Virus record (IMG/VR): IMGVR_UViG_3300000439_000009
Span: 1-64,000 of that record
Origin: a virus
Taxonomy: Duplodnaviria; Caudoviricetes
Reading direction: 5' to 3' (one strand)
DNA length: 64,000 bases
The notes beneath the pieces were generated by a model. The model did no database searches. It was not told the DNA's origin and saw nothing but the letters and a program-made list of their open reading frames with translations. The position numbers and the translations under genes were made by a program. Every line of letters begins with the position of its first letter. The stretch's first letter is position 1. Positions 1 through 9,748 of this stretch are shown piece by piece.

Positions 1-3000
1 AATCTATAGCAATTGTAACTGCTCCTGAACCTGTATAAGAAGTTCCTGACAATCCCGTTCCAATTGTAAGAGCATTAGGATTTGCTGCTGTTATTGTAAT
101 TGCTGCAGAACCATCAAATGCTACACCATTAATATTACGTGCTGTTGCAAGCTTAGTTGCAGTATCAGCATTACCTGTTACGTTACCTGTAAGTGCTCCA
201 GTAAATCCTGTTGAAGTTACGGATGTAAGCCCAGCAAGAGTAGTTGATGATGAACCAAGTGAAATTGCTGTTGTACCAATAGTTGTGCTTGAATTGGTCA
301 ACCCAGCATTTGGAATTGTTGCAACTGAGCTAATTACACCAGAAGATGATGTTGTTACATAGCCAGCAGTTGTTAGCGGAAGAGTAACAGTTCCAGTAAA
401 TGTTGGAGATGCTGTTGTTGCAATTCCTGTTACTGCACCTGTTGAACCATTCACACTAAGTACACCAGTGTTAGCAATTGTTACTGCTCCCGAACCATTA
501 TATGAGGTTCCTGAAAGACCCGTTCCGATTGTAAGTGAATTTAAGTTAGATCCAAGCGAAACTCCTGAAATTGTTGAGTTTGAAAGCTTGCTATTTGCAA
601 TTGAACCTGCAAGCATTGTATTTGTAACAGTTGATGTATCTGCTTGAGTTACTGCAGTACCTGAAATTTTTGTTTTAGCAATTGCAGCAGATGCATTAAT
701 GTCTGCATCAACAATTGTTCCATCTGCAATCATTGTAGATGTTACTGTACCTGTATCTGTAGTATAGACACCATTTGTTACAGTTCCCGCATTTCCTGAT
801 ACGTTACCAGTTACGTTACCAGTAACATTACCCGTAACATTACCAGTAAGATTACCGATTACATGATCGAGCTTTAGTGCATCAAATGTTACTGTTGAAA
901 GATCTACTGTTGCATTTCCTGGTTCTATTCCATTTGAGAATAAATACCAAGTTTTATCAGAGTGGTTTCTAATAAGACCAGTATGCTTATGGTTACTTGC
1001 GTTTCCGCCAGTTGTTCCGTATGCTCCATAGAATCCAATTTCTACAGCATCAGCAGAATACTGACCATCTGACAAATATATAATTGAATCTGTTATCTGC
1101 AGATTTGTTGCTTCTACTGTTGTTGTTGTTCCTTTAATATCAACATTGCCAGTAATGGTAGCATTTCCACTAATTATAAGGTTTCCACCAACACTCATGT
1201 CTCCAGAAGTTTCAATGGTTGAAACAGAAACATCTGTAACGGTATCTCCAAGGTTAACGGCGGTAGATCCAAGTGTGATGCCAGGGTGTGCAAGGCTTGA
1301 ATTAGCAATATTTGTAATAGTATTGCTTGAACCTGAAATTGTTTTATTTGTTAATGTTTGTGTATCTGAAGTTCCTACAATAGTTCCAGAAACTCCGTGA
1401 GTTCCCGTTGACTTTGCAGCGTGAGTATCAGTATATCCTTCTGCAGTTGTAAGTGAAGTTGCTATAGCAGAGTTGCGATTTGTAACTTCTGTACTAATTG
1501 CGGTGTCTGTGTAGCTTTCTGAAGTAGAAATTGCTTCTGACTTAGCAGTAGCAATTGCCGAATTGCGATTTGTGACTTCATTTGATACAGCAGTATCTGT
1601 ATATCCTTCTGAAATAGAAATTGCAGATGACTTTGCGGTATCTGCATAGTTTTCTGCAGTAGTTAAAGATGTTGCAATAGCTGAGTTACGGTTTGTAACT
1701 TCTGTGCTAATTGCCGTATCTGTGTAACCTTCTGCGGTAGAAATAGCTTGATTTTTAGCAGTCAGTATAGCCGAATTACGATTTGTGACTTCAGTGCTGA
1801 TAGCGGTATCTGTGTAAGTTTCAGATGTTGAAATCGCTGCATTTTTAGCTGTGTCTGTGTAAGATTCGGCGGTAGAAAGAGATGTTGCAATGGCAGTATT
1901 TCTATTAGAAACTTCATTTGATATAGCAGTATCAGTGTAAGCCTCAGATGTTGATATGGCCTGTGCTTTACCAGTTGCAACGGCTGAAGATATAGCAGAA
2001 TTACGTGCAGTAACTTCTGTTGCTATACTTGAATCTGTGTATGCCTCTGCATCTGCTTTAGCTGTAGCAATATGAGAAGAAACTGTTGTAGCAAAATTAG
2101 GGTCGTCACCAATTGCATCCGCCAATTCTTTTAATGTATCTAATGTAGCTGGAGAAGCATTTACAAGATTGCTAATTGCATTATCTGTATACCCTTCTGC
2201 GGTTGATACTGCTTGGTTTTTAGCAGTTAATATAGCTGAATTTCTGTTTGTTACTTCTATAGAAATTAATCCATCAGCATAAGTTTTAGCATCTGCAGAT
2301 GAACCTACAGGATCATAATTTGTTGCAAGGCCATCCGCATAAGATTCTGCAGCAGTAATTGCTTGCGACTTGGCAGTGGCTATAGCAGAATTGCGATTTG
2401 TAACTTCGGTTGATATAGCAGTATCTGTATAAGATTTGGCATCATTTTTAGCAGTTGCTGCTGATCCTGCTGCGTCATAATTTGATGCTAGACCGCTTGC
2501 ATAGGATTCTGCAGCAGTAATAGCTTCTGATTTAGCAGTTGCAATTGCTGAGTTACGGCTTGTTACCTCTGTTGAAATTGCAGAATCTGTGTAAGATTCA
2601 ATTGTTGATGTTGCAGAAGATACGGAAGAATTTGTATAGCTTTCAGCTGTTGAAAGTGCTGTTGCTATAGCAGAATTTCTATTTGTAACTTCTGTTGAAA
2701 TTTTAGAATCAGTATAAGATTCTGCATTAGTTAAAGATGTAGAAATTGCTGAGTTACGATTTGTAACTTCTGTTGCTATAGCAGTATCGGTGTAATTTTC
2801 TGCTGCTGTAATCGCTTCCGTTTTAGCAGTGGCTACAGCAGAATTTCTATTACTAATTTCAGTATTTATTTTTGAATCAGTATATGATTCTGATGAAGAA
2901 AGAGTTGAAGAAGCTTGAGTAGAAATTGCTGAGTTACGAGATGAGACTTCAGTTGCAATAGCTGCATCTGTATATGACTCTGCAGATGAAATTGCTTGAG

Positions 3001-3868
3001 TTTTTGCAGTTAAAATTGCATTATCTCTATTTGTAGTTTCTATTGCTATGGCTGAATTACGATCTGTTACTTCATTAGAAATTGCATCATCTGTATAAGC
3101 TTTTGCAGATGTTAATGTGGTTGTTGCGGAATTTGTTATAGCTGAATTTCTATCTGTAACCTCTGTAGAAATTTTACTATTTGTATAAGAATTTGCATTT
3201 GCTTGAGCATTTGTAATTTCCTGCAAAATAGTTGCTCCAAAGGATGCGTCATTGCCCAAAGCATCATCAATTTTCTTTAATGTATCTAATGTAGATGGAG
3301 CAGTAGAAACTAAAGCAGATATAGCGGAATCAGTATATCCTTCTGCTGTAGACAAAGATGCTGAAATAGCTGCATTTCGATTTGTAACTTCAGTAGCGAT
3401 TGCAGAAGATATTGCTGAGTTGCGATTTGTTACCTCTGTAGCAACTTTTGAATCAACATATCCTTCAGCAGTTGTTATAGCATTTGTTACGGCTGTTGCT
3501 CTTGCTGATGCTTCTGCAGAAACTGAATTATCTGTGTAAGACTCTGCAGTTGTAATTGCATTAGATATATCAGATGAAGTTTGTGATCCTAATGATGAAA
3601 GATCTGCAGCATTTGCTGCTGTGTAGCCTAAAGCTGTATTCACATCAGATGCTGTAAGCTGTGATCCTATACCAGATGCAACTGCATCTGCCAACTCTGT
3701 TGGGGTAACGGTAGAATAAGGAAGTGCTGTCCAAACTGCTGATCCCGTTCCAATTTTAATTTTATGAGTATCTGTCTCATAACCAGCTTCTCCAGCTGCT
3801 AATGTGGGATTTACGGAAGTCCAATCTGATGCTGTACCTCTACGTAGTTGAATTCTTACTGTTGACAT
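1..3868 (-). CDS. Long tail fibre/receptor-binding protein (partial, runs off window) with Mtd-N-like N-terminus and coiled-coil repeats
   Basis: Not in ORF track (no stop in window). ATG at 3866-3868 gives MSTVRIQLRRGTASDWTSVNPTLAAGEAGYETDT (major tropism determinant N-terminal-like motif), then many ~29-aa ESYTDSAISTEVTNRNSAIATAK repeats and G/T/S-rich fibre repeats; the frame at position 2 matches the start. Confidence 0.85.
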   Translation of the reverse strand, partial: MSTVRIQLRRGTASDWTSVNPTLAAGEAGYETDTHKIKIGTGSAVWTALPYSTVTPTELADAVASGIGSQLTASDVNTALGYTAANAADLSSLGSQTSSDISNAITTAESYTDNSVSAEASARATAVTNAITTAEGYVDSKVATEVTNRNSAISSAIATEVTNRNAAISASLSTAEGYTDSAISALVSTAPSTLDTLKKIDDALGNDASFGATILQEITNAQANANSYTNSKISTEVTDRNSAITNSATTTLTSAKAYTDDAISNEVTDRNSAIAIETTNRDNAILTAKTQAISSAESYTDAAIATEVSSRNSAISTQASSTLSSSESYTDSKINTEISNRNSAVATAKTEAITAAENYTDTAIATEVTNRNSAISTSLTNAESYTDSKISTEVTNRNSAIATALSTAESYTNSSVSSATSTIESYTDSAISTEVTSRNSAIATAKSEAITAAESYASGLASNYDAAGSAATAKNDAKSYTDTAISTEVTNRNSAIATAKSQAITAAESYADGLATNYDPVGSSADAKTYADGLISIEVTNRNSAILTAKNQAVSTAEGYTDNAISNLVNASPATLDTLKELADAIGDDPNFATTVSSHIATAKADAEAYTDSSIATEVTARNSAISSAVATGKAQAISTSEAYTDTAISNEVSNRNTAIATSLSTAESYTDTAKNAAISTSETYTDTAISTEVTNRNSAILTAKNQAISTAEGYTDTAISTEVTNRNSAIATSLTTAENYADTAKSSAISISEGYTDTAVSNEVTNRNSAIATAKSEAISTSESYTDTAISTEVTNRNSAIATSLTTAEGYTDTHAAKSTGTHGVSGTIVGTSDTQTLTNKTISGSSNTITNIANSSLAHPGITLGSTAVNLGDTVTDVSVSTIETSGDMSVGGNLIISGNATITGNVDIKGTTTTVEATNLQITDSIIYLSDGQYSADAVEIGFYGAYGTTGGNASNHKHTGLIRNHSDKTWYLFSNGIEPGNATVDLSTVTFDALKLDHVIGNLTGNVTGNVTGNVTGNVSGNAGTVTNGVYTTDTGTVTSTMIADGTIVDADINASAAIAKTKISGTAVTQADTSTVTNTMLAGSIANSKLSNSTISGVSLGSNLNSLTIGTGLSGTSYNGSGAVTIANTGVLSVNGSTGAVTGIATTASPTFTGTVTLPLTTAGYVTTSSSGVISSVATIPNAGLTNSSTTIGTTAISLGSSSTTLAGLTSVTSTGFTGALTGNVTGNADTATKLATARNINGVAFDGSAAITITAANPNALTIGTGLSGTSYTGSGAVTIAID

Positions 3869-3917
3869 TTTGTTACCCCTTTTTATATTTTATTTTTTTA
3901 TTATACCAGTTAATGGC

Positions 3918-4286
3918 TTAAACCTGAATTGCACCAGCATCAAACACATAATCTATATAAGAATATGGAGTTTGAGTTCCTGCATCTACAAATTTGCTAT
4001 CTCCGCTAATTGTAACGCCATTACCCTGTACTATATATGTAGGTTGTCCGTTATAATCAATTGATAGGCCGATATCCATAAAGGATAAATTGCCTCCAAT
4101 ATCTGCTAAGGTAGCAATAGAAACCCAAGCATCATTTATATATACTTGAAGTCTATTTGTTGTTGTATCAAAAGCTAAAGGGGTTGTTCCTAAAATAACA
4201 TTGGACTCAAACGTTGCATCTCCCGCAACATTAAGTCCGTTTTTAACTTTAAAATCTTTATCCGTAGTTACACTACTTGTTGTCAT
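3918..4286 (-). CDS. Small virion/tail protein
   Basis: N-terminal DKDFKVKNGL motif shared with 4359..5900 (DKNFRIKNGL); located in tail module. Confidence 0.6.
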   Translation of the reverse strand: MTTSSVTTDKDFKVKNGLNVAGDATFESNVILGTTPLAFDTTTNRLQVYINDAWVSIATLADIGGNLSFMDIGLSIDYNGQPTYIVQGNGVTISGDSKFVDAGTQTPYSYIDYVFDAGAIQV

Positions 4287-4358
4287 TTTCGGTTCACTAT
4301 CCCCTAAAATTTATATTTTGTGTGGGGGATTTTAAGGATCCCCCTAACCTTTAAATTA

Positions 4359-5900
4359 CTAGTCTGCCCAGACTATTACTGAACCAGATGCTACAGCTTC
4401 AACACTTGTATGTCCAGCTGTTGGTGCAACTGTTAATGAAACAATTCCACCTGAATATATTGCTGAAATATCAGCAAGCGATCCATTTGTTGTAACAATT
4501 GCATATTCTGTAATGGCAATATTATTTGCTGAATCACGAGCAATCAAAACCTCTGATGCCTGTGAATGAACGCCATCTCTTACGTGAACAGTTAATTTAG
4601 CTGTTCCATAATTTGAATTCCAAGCTACTGGAACAAATGTTGCACCAGTTGATGTGCTGTTCCAACCAGAAATTAACTCTGTGTATCCGCCAACATTTAA
4701 AGCTTGGTATGTTGGTGTTGCACTTGAATTACCATTTGAAACAAGGCTATCTGCATAACTTTCTGCAGCTGATTGAGCTGAAGAAGCAGATCCTGCTGCA
4801 TCATAATTTGATGCTAGTCCGTCTGCATATGATTTTGCAGCATTTTCGGCTGTTGTAATGGCAGAATTACGATTTGAAACTTCTGTGCTGATTGCTGAGT
4901 CTGTGTAAGACTCGGCTGCTGTGATAGCTTCTGATTTAGCTGTAGCAATTGCCGAATTGCGGCTTGATACCTCTGTTGAAATTGCAGAATCGGTGTAAGA
5001 CTCAGCGGTAGCCTGTGCTGTTGCAATATCTGTAAGAAGAGTTGTTGAAAAATTAGCATCATTTGCTATTGCAGCATCAATTTTTGCCAAAGTGTCAAGC
5101 ATTGATGGAGCCATACCAACAAGATCAGAAACTTTTCCGTCTGTGTAAGTATTTGCAGCAGAAATTGCTTCTGTCTTCTTGGTGTCAGCATAAGATTCTG
5201 CATTTGCTTGCGCATTTGAAGCTGCTGTATCAGCATATCCTTCTGCATTAGACTGTGCGGTTGAAGCAGCCCCTGCTGGATCATAGTTGCCAGCTAGTGA
5301 ATCTGCATAACCCTGAGCAGCTGACTGTGCAGCTGATGCTGCACCTGCTGCGTCGTAATTAGATGCTAATGAATCTGCATAAGATTTTGCATCATTTTTT
5401 GCAGTTGTAGCTACGCCATCTGCATAAGACTGAGCTGCTGATTGAGCTGCTGATGCAGCACCATTTGAATCATAATTTGAAGCAAGAGAATCAGCATAGC
5501 TTTGGGCAGCTGACTGTGCAGCTGATGCTGCGCCTGCTGCGTCGTAGTTTGATGCTAATCCATCTGCGTAAGACTGTGCTGCAGATTGGGCTGCTGATGC
5601 TGCGCCTGCTGCGTCGTAGTTTGATGCTAATCCATCTGCGTAAGACTGTGCTGCAGATTGGGCTGCTGATGCTGCGCCATATGCATCAAATACGTTTGAA
5701 TTGACTGAAAGTTTGCCTGAGCCATCTACGTTAAATACTGCTGTATCAACTGATTTAACAAGAGTTGTACCGCCAATAAGACTTAGGATGTATGAATCGC
5801 TTGCTGATTCTGTAAGAATATTATTACCATTGATTGTACCTGTGGTACCTTCAACAATTAACCCATTCTTAATTCTAAAATTTTTATCTACTGTTGCCAT
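4359..5900 (-). CDS. Tail fibre-like protein with Ala/Ser-rich coiled-coil repeats
   Basis: 24-aa AAGAASAAQSAAQSYADGLASNYD repeats; APSMLDTLAKIDAAIAND motif typical of phage fibres. Confidence 0.75.
   Translation of the reverse strand: MATVDKNFRIKNGLIVEGTTGTINGNNILTESASDSYILSLIGGTTLVKSVDTAVFNVDGSGKLSVNSNVFDAYGAASAAQSAAQSYADGLASNYDAAGAASAAQSAAQSYADGLASNYDAAGAASAAQSAAQSYADSLASNYDSNGAASAAQSAAQSYADGVATTAKNDAKSYADSLASNYDAAGAASAAQSAAQGYADSLAGNYDPAGAASTAQSNAEGYADTAASNAQANAESYADTKKTEAISAANTYTDGKVSDLVGMAPSMLDTLAKIDAAIANDANFSTTLLTDIATAQATAESYTDSAISTEVSSRNSAIATAKSEAITAAESYTDSAISTEVSNRNSAITTAENAAKSYADGLASNYDAAGSASSAQSAAESYADSLVSNGNSSATPTYQALNVGGYTELISGWNSTSTGATFVPVAWNSNYGTAKLTVHVRDGVHSQASEVLIARDSANNIAITEYAIVTTNGSLADISAIYSGGIVSLTVAPTAGHTSVEAVASGSVIVWAD
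5521..5678. repeat. Exact 72-bp tandem repeat (2.2 copies) inside fibre gene
   Basis: gctgatgctgcgcc recurs at 5521, 5593 and 5665 with identical intervening sequence. Confidence 0.9.
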
Positions 5901-5926
5901 GTGGGGTGTTGCTCCTTGTTTTTATT

Positions 5927-6472
5927 TTATTTTTTTAAAGCTGTTCTGAGAAACCTTACGGATACAGAACCTGATATTGGGGTTACTACTAAACTTATTA
6001 TACTTCCATTATACACAAAATCAAAGTTAGCGGGATTTGCAAGATTATCTCTAGAAGATATAATATTTGATTCTGATACATTTGCTCCACTTGGAGTAAA
6101 CAAAACATTTAAATCTGCAGCATAAACATCTGAGCCTTTAGTTGCTTGAATTTTATACTGTGCAGATTGCCAATGATTTGTATCTAAAGTATCTATAACT
6201 GTTGGGTTTTCTATGCCATAAACTTCTAAATCATTATTGCCCTGAAGACCAAGAACTTCTACTGTAGTAGTCCCGCCAGCTGCTTCAAGTTGTGCAACTT
6301 TATAATCAAGTGAATTTGGGTTTGTTGATCCGTCAACACCAACTTTTGCTTCTAAAGCTTGTATTGCAGTATTTGCAATTATATGTTGTTCTGAATGTGA
6401 AGGATTTGATAAATTATCTGTAGCGTTAGGATTAACTATTGAATCTAAATTTTGAGGGAATTGACTAGTCAA
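5927..6472 (-). CDS. Virion/tail protein
   Basis: HSEQHIIANTAIQALEAKVG motif; C-terminal beta domain similar to the C-terminus of 4359..5900. Confidence 0.6.
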   Translation of the reverse strand: MTSQFPQNLDSIVNPNATDNLSNPSHSEQHIIANTAIQALEAKVGVDGSTNPNSLDYKVAQLEAAGGTTTVEVLGLQGNNDLEVYGIENPTVIDTLDTNHWQSAQYKIQATKGSDVYAADLNVLFTPSGANVSESNIISSRDNLANPANFDFVYNGSIISLVVTPISGSVSVRFLRTALKK

Positions 6473-6809
6473 CTATTCCACCATCCAAGGGTAATGAATT
6501 TGTAAAGCCTGGAAGCATAGTAGGCGGAGAAGAAACTGTTCCACCATCTGCACTTAGCTCTATGTTATCATTAATCTCAGATAAAGGCAAAGCAATTGGG
6601 AATATTGTTGAAACATCTCCATCGTAATTATGTGTATGTTCGTAAAATGGAATTGGATCATCTGATTTAATTATTGTAACCCAAACTGTACCATTGTGAA
6701 TTCTAATGCTTTTATCTTGAGTATTAAAATACATGTCGCCTTCTTTTCCAACACTTGGGTCATTTGATGCTGTCATCAAATTTAAAGGCGTTAAGAATTT
6801 TTTAGACAT
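6465..6809 (-). CDS. Small tail-associated protein
   Basis: GDMYFNT...IRIHNGTVW fibre motif. Confidence 0.55.
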   Translation of the reverse strand: MSKKFLTPLNLMTASNDPSVGKEGDMYFNTQDKSIRIHNGTVWVTIIKSDDPIPFYEHTHNYDGDVSTIFPIALPLSEINDNIELSADGGTVSSPPTMLPGFTNSLPLDGGIVD

Positions 6810-6861
6810 GTATCTCCAAAGATGGGGGGAATTAGCTTTCCCCCCATTATATCATTTTTTA

Positions 6862-8583
6862 TTATCCTACGATTACTACTTCGTAGGTTGTTCCAGCTGT
6901 TGGCGGTACACCCATTCCAATTGTAATTGCATTTGTAGATATTCTAGTCATATCTACTTCTACATCCGCCCATTGTGTATCTGGGGAACCAGAAGATTGA
7001 TAAACTTGAACCATAACAGAACGCTTACCTAAATTATGAGTAATTGTAAATGTATCTGTTGTTCCATCGCCAGAAATAGATCCTACATATTTAGATGTAA
7101 GAGCAAGAGATGTAACTAAATTATCAGCATAATTTTCTGCAGTTGTGATTGCATTAGATATATCTGTAGAAGTTTGATTTCCAAATGTTGAAAGCTGAGA
7201 ATCTGTATATCCTTCTGCTTCTGTAATAGCTTCTGATTTGGCTGTTGCTATAGCAGAATTTCTGCTTGTTACCTCTGTAGAAATTGCTGAATCTGTATAG
7301 CTTTCTGCTGTTGCTTGAGCAGTAGCAATATCAGTTAAGAGGGTTGTTGAAAAATTAGCGTCATTAGCTATAGCATTATCAATTTTTTCTAATGTGTCAA
7401 GAAGAGATGGTGCCATTCCGACAAGATCTGCAACCTTTGTATCTGTATAAGATTTTGCATTGTTTTCAGCTGTTGTTGCCGATCCTGCTGGATCGTAATT
7501 TGATGCTAGTGAATCTGCATAAGACTTTGCAGAATTTTCAGCATTTGTTGCTGCTGTATCTGCATAAGATTGTGCAGCTGTTTGAGCTGATGATGCGGAA
7601 CCTGCTGGATCATATGCGGAATTTGCACGAGAAACTTCTGAAGAGATTGCTGCATCTGTGTAAGAATTTGCTGAATTTAAAGCATTTGTTGCAGCTGTGT
7701 CTGCATATCCCTCAGCATTTGACTGTGAGTTTGAAATATCACTAATTGTTGCAATGCGGTTGTTTGCATTTTTTGAACCAATATAAGCAGTTCCATCTGG
7801 ATTGATAACAATATCTCCAGAAGATGATGTAATATTTACATCATTAACAGAAATAAGTTCTAATTCATAGCCAGAGGCTATTGCCATATGACCAGTGTTA
7901 TTATCTACACTGATTGTGTTTAGATTACCACCTGCTCCGCCACCAGACTGGAAGTAAACATCACCTAAGAAAGTTTTATTAGAAAGGTTTTGTGTTCCAG
8001 TTTCTGTTACATAACCAGTTAAATCTGAATTTATGTCTCCGAGTGTTGCAATTTTATTGCTTCCATCAATTAATGGTGTTCCAAGATATGCATAGTCACT
8101 TCCTGGAAGAAGTACAATATCATTATTTGCGGTAAGTGTTAAATTATTTCCATCTGTAGAAATAGTTTCTGTTTTTGCACTACCAAACTTAATACCGCCT
8201 TTTGTACCATCTGTAAAACCTCTAATGCCAACAAAATTTGCAACATTTATATCACCAATATAAGCATCGTTGCCTACAAGAATATTTGTTCCATTACCAT
8301 CGTCATTTGTAGTAATTCTGCTGAACACTGGAGTAGTTGTGAAATCTAACGATCCATTTGTTACTGTAAAGAAATCAGAATTAACTGCTGATATATATTG
8401 AACTCCAACTGGTTCCCAGTTTCCTGTTCCAGATCCTGTTGAGAAGTAAAAAATACCATCTACGGTATTGTAGTATAGCTGACCTGCCGTCAAAGCACTA
8501 GGAGCAGAGGCGGAAGGTTGGATAGCAGCATTTAAAAGCTGATTACCCTTAAGATTAATATTTGTTAAGTAAGTTTTTGCCAT
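6862..8583 (-). CDS. Tail fibre-like protein, paralogue of 4359..5900
   Basis: GQLYYNT motif; near-identical VADLVGMAPSLLDTLEKIDNAIANDANFSTTLLTDIATAQATAESYTDSAISTEV block; C-terminal ITHNLG...VQVY domain. Confidence 0.75.
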   Translation of the reverse strand: MAKTYLTNINLKGNQLLNAAIQPSASAPSALTAGQLYYNTVDGIFYFSTGSGTGNWEPVGVQYISAVNSDFFTVTNGSLDFTTTPVFSRITTNDDGNGTNILVGNDAYIGDINVANFVGIRGFTDGTKGGIKFGSAKTETISTDGNNLTLTANNDIVLLPGSDYAYLGTPLIDGSNKIATLGDINSDLTGYVTETGTQNLSNKTFLGDVYFQSGGGAGGNLNTISVDNNTGHMAIASGYELELISVNDVNITSSSGDIVINPDGTAYIGSKNANNRIATISDISNSQSNAEGYADTAATNALNSANSYTDAAISSEVSRANSAYDPAGSASSAQTAAQSYADTAATNAENSAKSYADSLASNYDPAGSATTAENNAKSYTDTKVADLVGMAPSLLDTLEKIDNAIANDANFSTTLLTDIATAQATAESYTDSAISTEVTSRNSAIATAKSEAITEAEGYTDSQLSTFGNQTSTDISNAITTAENYADNLVTSLALTSKYVGSISGDGTTDTFTITHNLGKRSVMVQVYQSSGSPDTQWADVEVDMTRISTNAITIGMGVPPTAGTTYEVVIVG

Positions 8584-8620
8584 GTGTTGTTAACACTCCT
8601 TTTATTTATTTTTTTTTGCC

Positions 8621-9268
8621 TTACGACAGATAAGCATGTCCAGAGACGGGCTCTGAAAATGTTAATTGCAAATTATTTGAATCAACATGCCTTATATCAC
8701 ATTCTACATTATTATAGCCATAATCAATAACTGTTACATTTGGCATAAAATTAAGATTATGTGGTATATCCCATACTGTTCCATTAGTTCTTTTTTCATA
8801 TACAAATGAAACAAGTGCTACATCAAAATTTGTTATTGTTCCTGCTGGACCTTGTGGACCAGTTGCACCAGTATCACCTTTTGGTCCCGTTGGACCTTGT
8901 GAACCTTGTGGTCCTGGAACGCCTTGAGGTCCTTGTGAACCTGCTGGGCCTTGTAAGCCAACACCTGTTAGGCCTTGTGGACCAGTTGCACCTGCTGGGC
9001 CTTGTGGGCCTTGTGGGCCAGTTGCACCAGTATCACCTTTTGGTCCTTGTACTGGACCAACATTAATCCAACTATTTGTTGTTAAATCCCAAATATACAA
9101 ATTTAATGATATTAAATAACCTTGACCAGTTTGACCTGTTGGGTGTGCGGATTGAAGTGCTGCTAAATTAGCATAAGTTCCAAGTACAGTAATACCAGTT
9201 CCTGCGGGGCCTTGCGCACCTGCGGGACCTCTAGCACCTACTCCACGAACAATTATTTTTTCTGTCAT
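8621..9268 (-). CDS. Collagen-like (Gly-X-Y) tail protein
   Basis: Long GPQGPxG runs; C-terminal [13 protein letters not shown] domain. Confidence 0.8.
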   Translation of the reverse strand: MTEKIIVRGVGARGPAGAQGPAGTGITVLGTYANLAALQSAHPTGQTGQGYLISLNLYIWDLTTNSWINVGPVQGPKGDTGATGPQGPQGPAGATGPQGLTGVGLQGPAGSQGPQGVPGPQGSQGPTGPKGDTGATGPQGPAGTITNFDVALVSFVYEKRTNGTVWDIPHNLNFMPNVTVIDYGYNNVECDIRHVDSNNLQLTFSEPVSGHAYLS

Positions 9269-9645
9269 TAGTTTATAACTCCTGGATTTACTTTAAACCA
9301 ACCTTGGATCCAAGTATCTTGTGCTCCATATTGATCTGTAGCTTGTATTTGATAAGCAGACCTTGGGTAAACAAAATTTTTTGTTTTATCTGGGGAGATT
9401 TCAACATCAATAATTCCATTTATTGCATCTACTATTGTTATACCGTCACCAATTGTGCATACGGCACAAAGAATTTTTCCTGCAGGTCTATCTCTTACTT
9501 CTAATCTAAATGTCATTCCTGATATATTAGTTGGATAAAAGGTTTCATCATCAAGTTCATCTTGATAGCCATATTGTAACTGTTGTGCCCAAGTATCACC
9601 CTGAACAATGTCATAATTAATGCTATCTTTAGAAGTAATAGACAT
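9268..9645 (-). CDS. BppU-like baseplate/tail protein
   Basis: IVQGDTW...[12 protein letters not shown]...YQIQATD pattern. Confidence 0.5.
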   Translation of the reverse strand: MSITSKDSINYDIVQGDTWAQQLQYGYQDELDDETFYPTNISGMTFRLEVRDRPAGKILCAVCTIGDGITIVDAINGIIDVEISPDKTKNFVYPRSAYQIQATDQYGAQDTWIQGWFKVNPGVIN

Positions 9646-9748
9646 GATCCCCCCAGAAAATAATCTTAATTGGATTATATCATTTTAAATTGATAAAACA
9701 TAAGAAACCCCGCCACTAGTGACGGGGAAAATCTTATATTTTTTATAA

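Noticed and set aside
1-3868. Diversity-generating retroelement suggested by the Mtd-N-like domain
   Set aside because: No reverse transcriptase or adenine-specific TR/VR pair seen in this window; the repeats are coding coiled-coil repeats.
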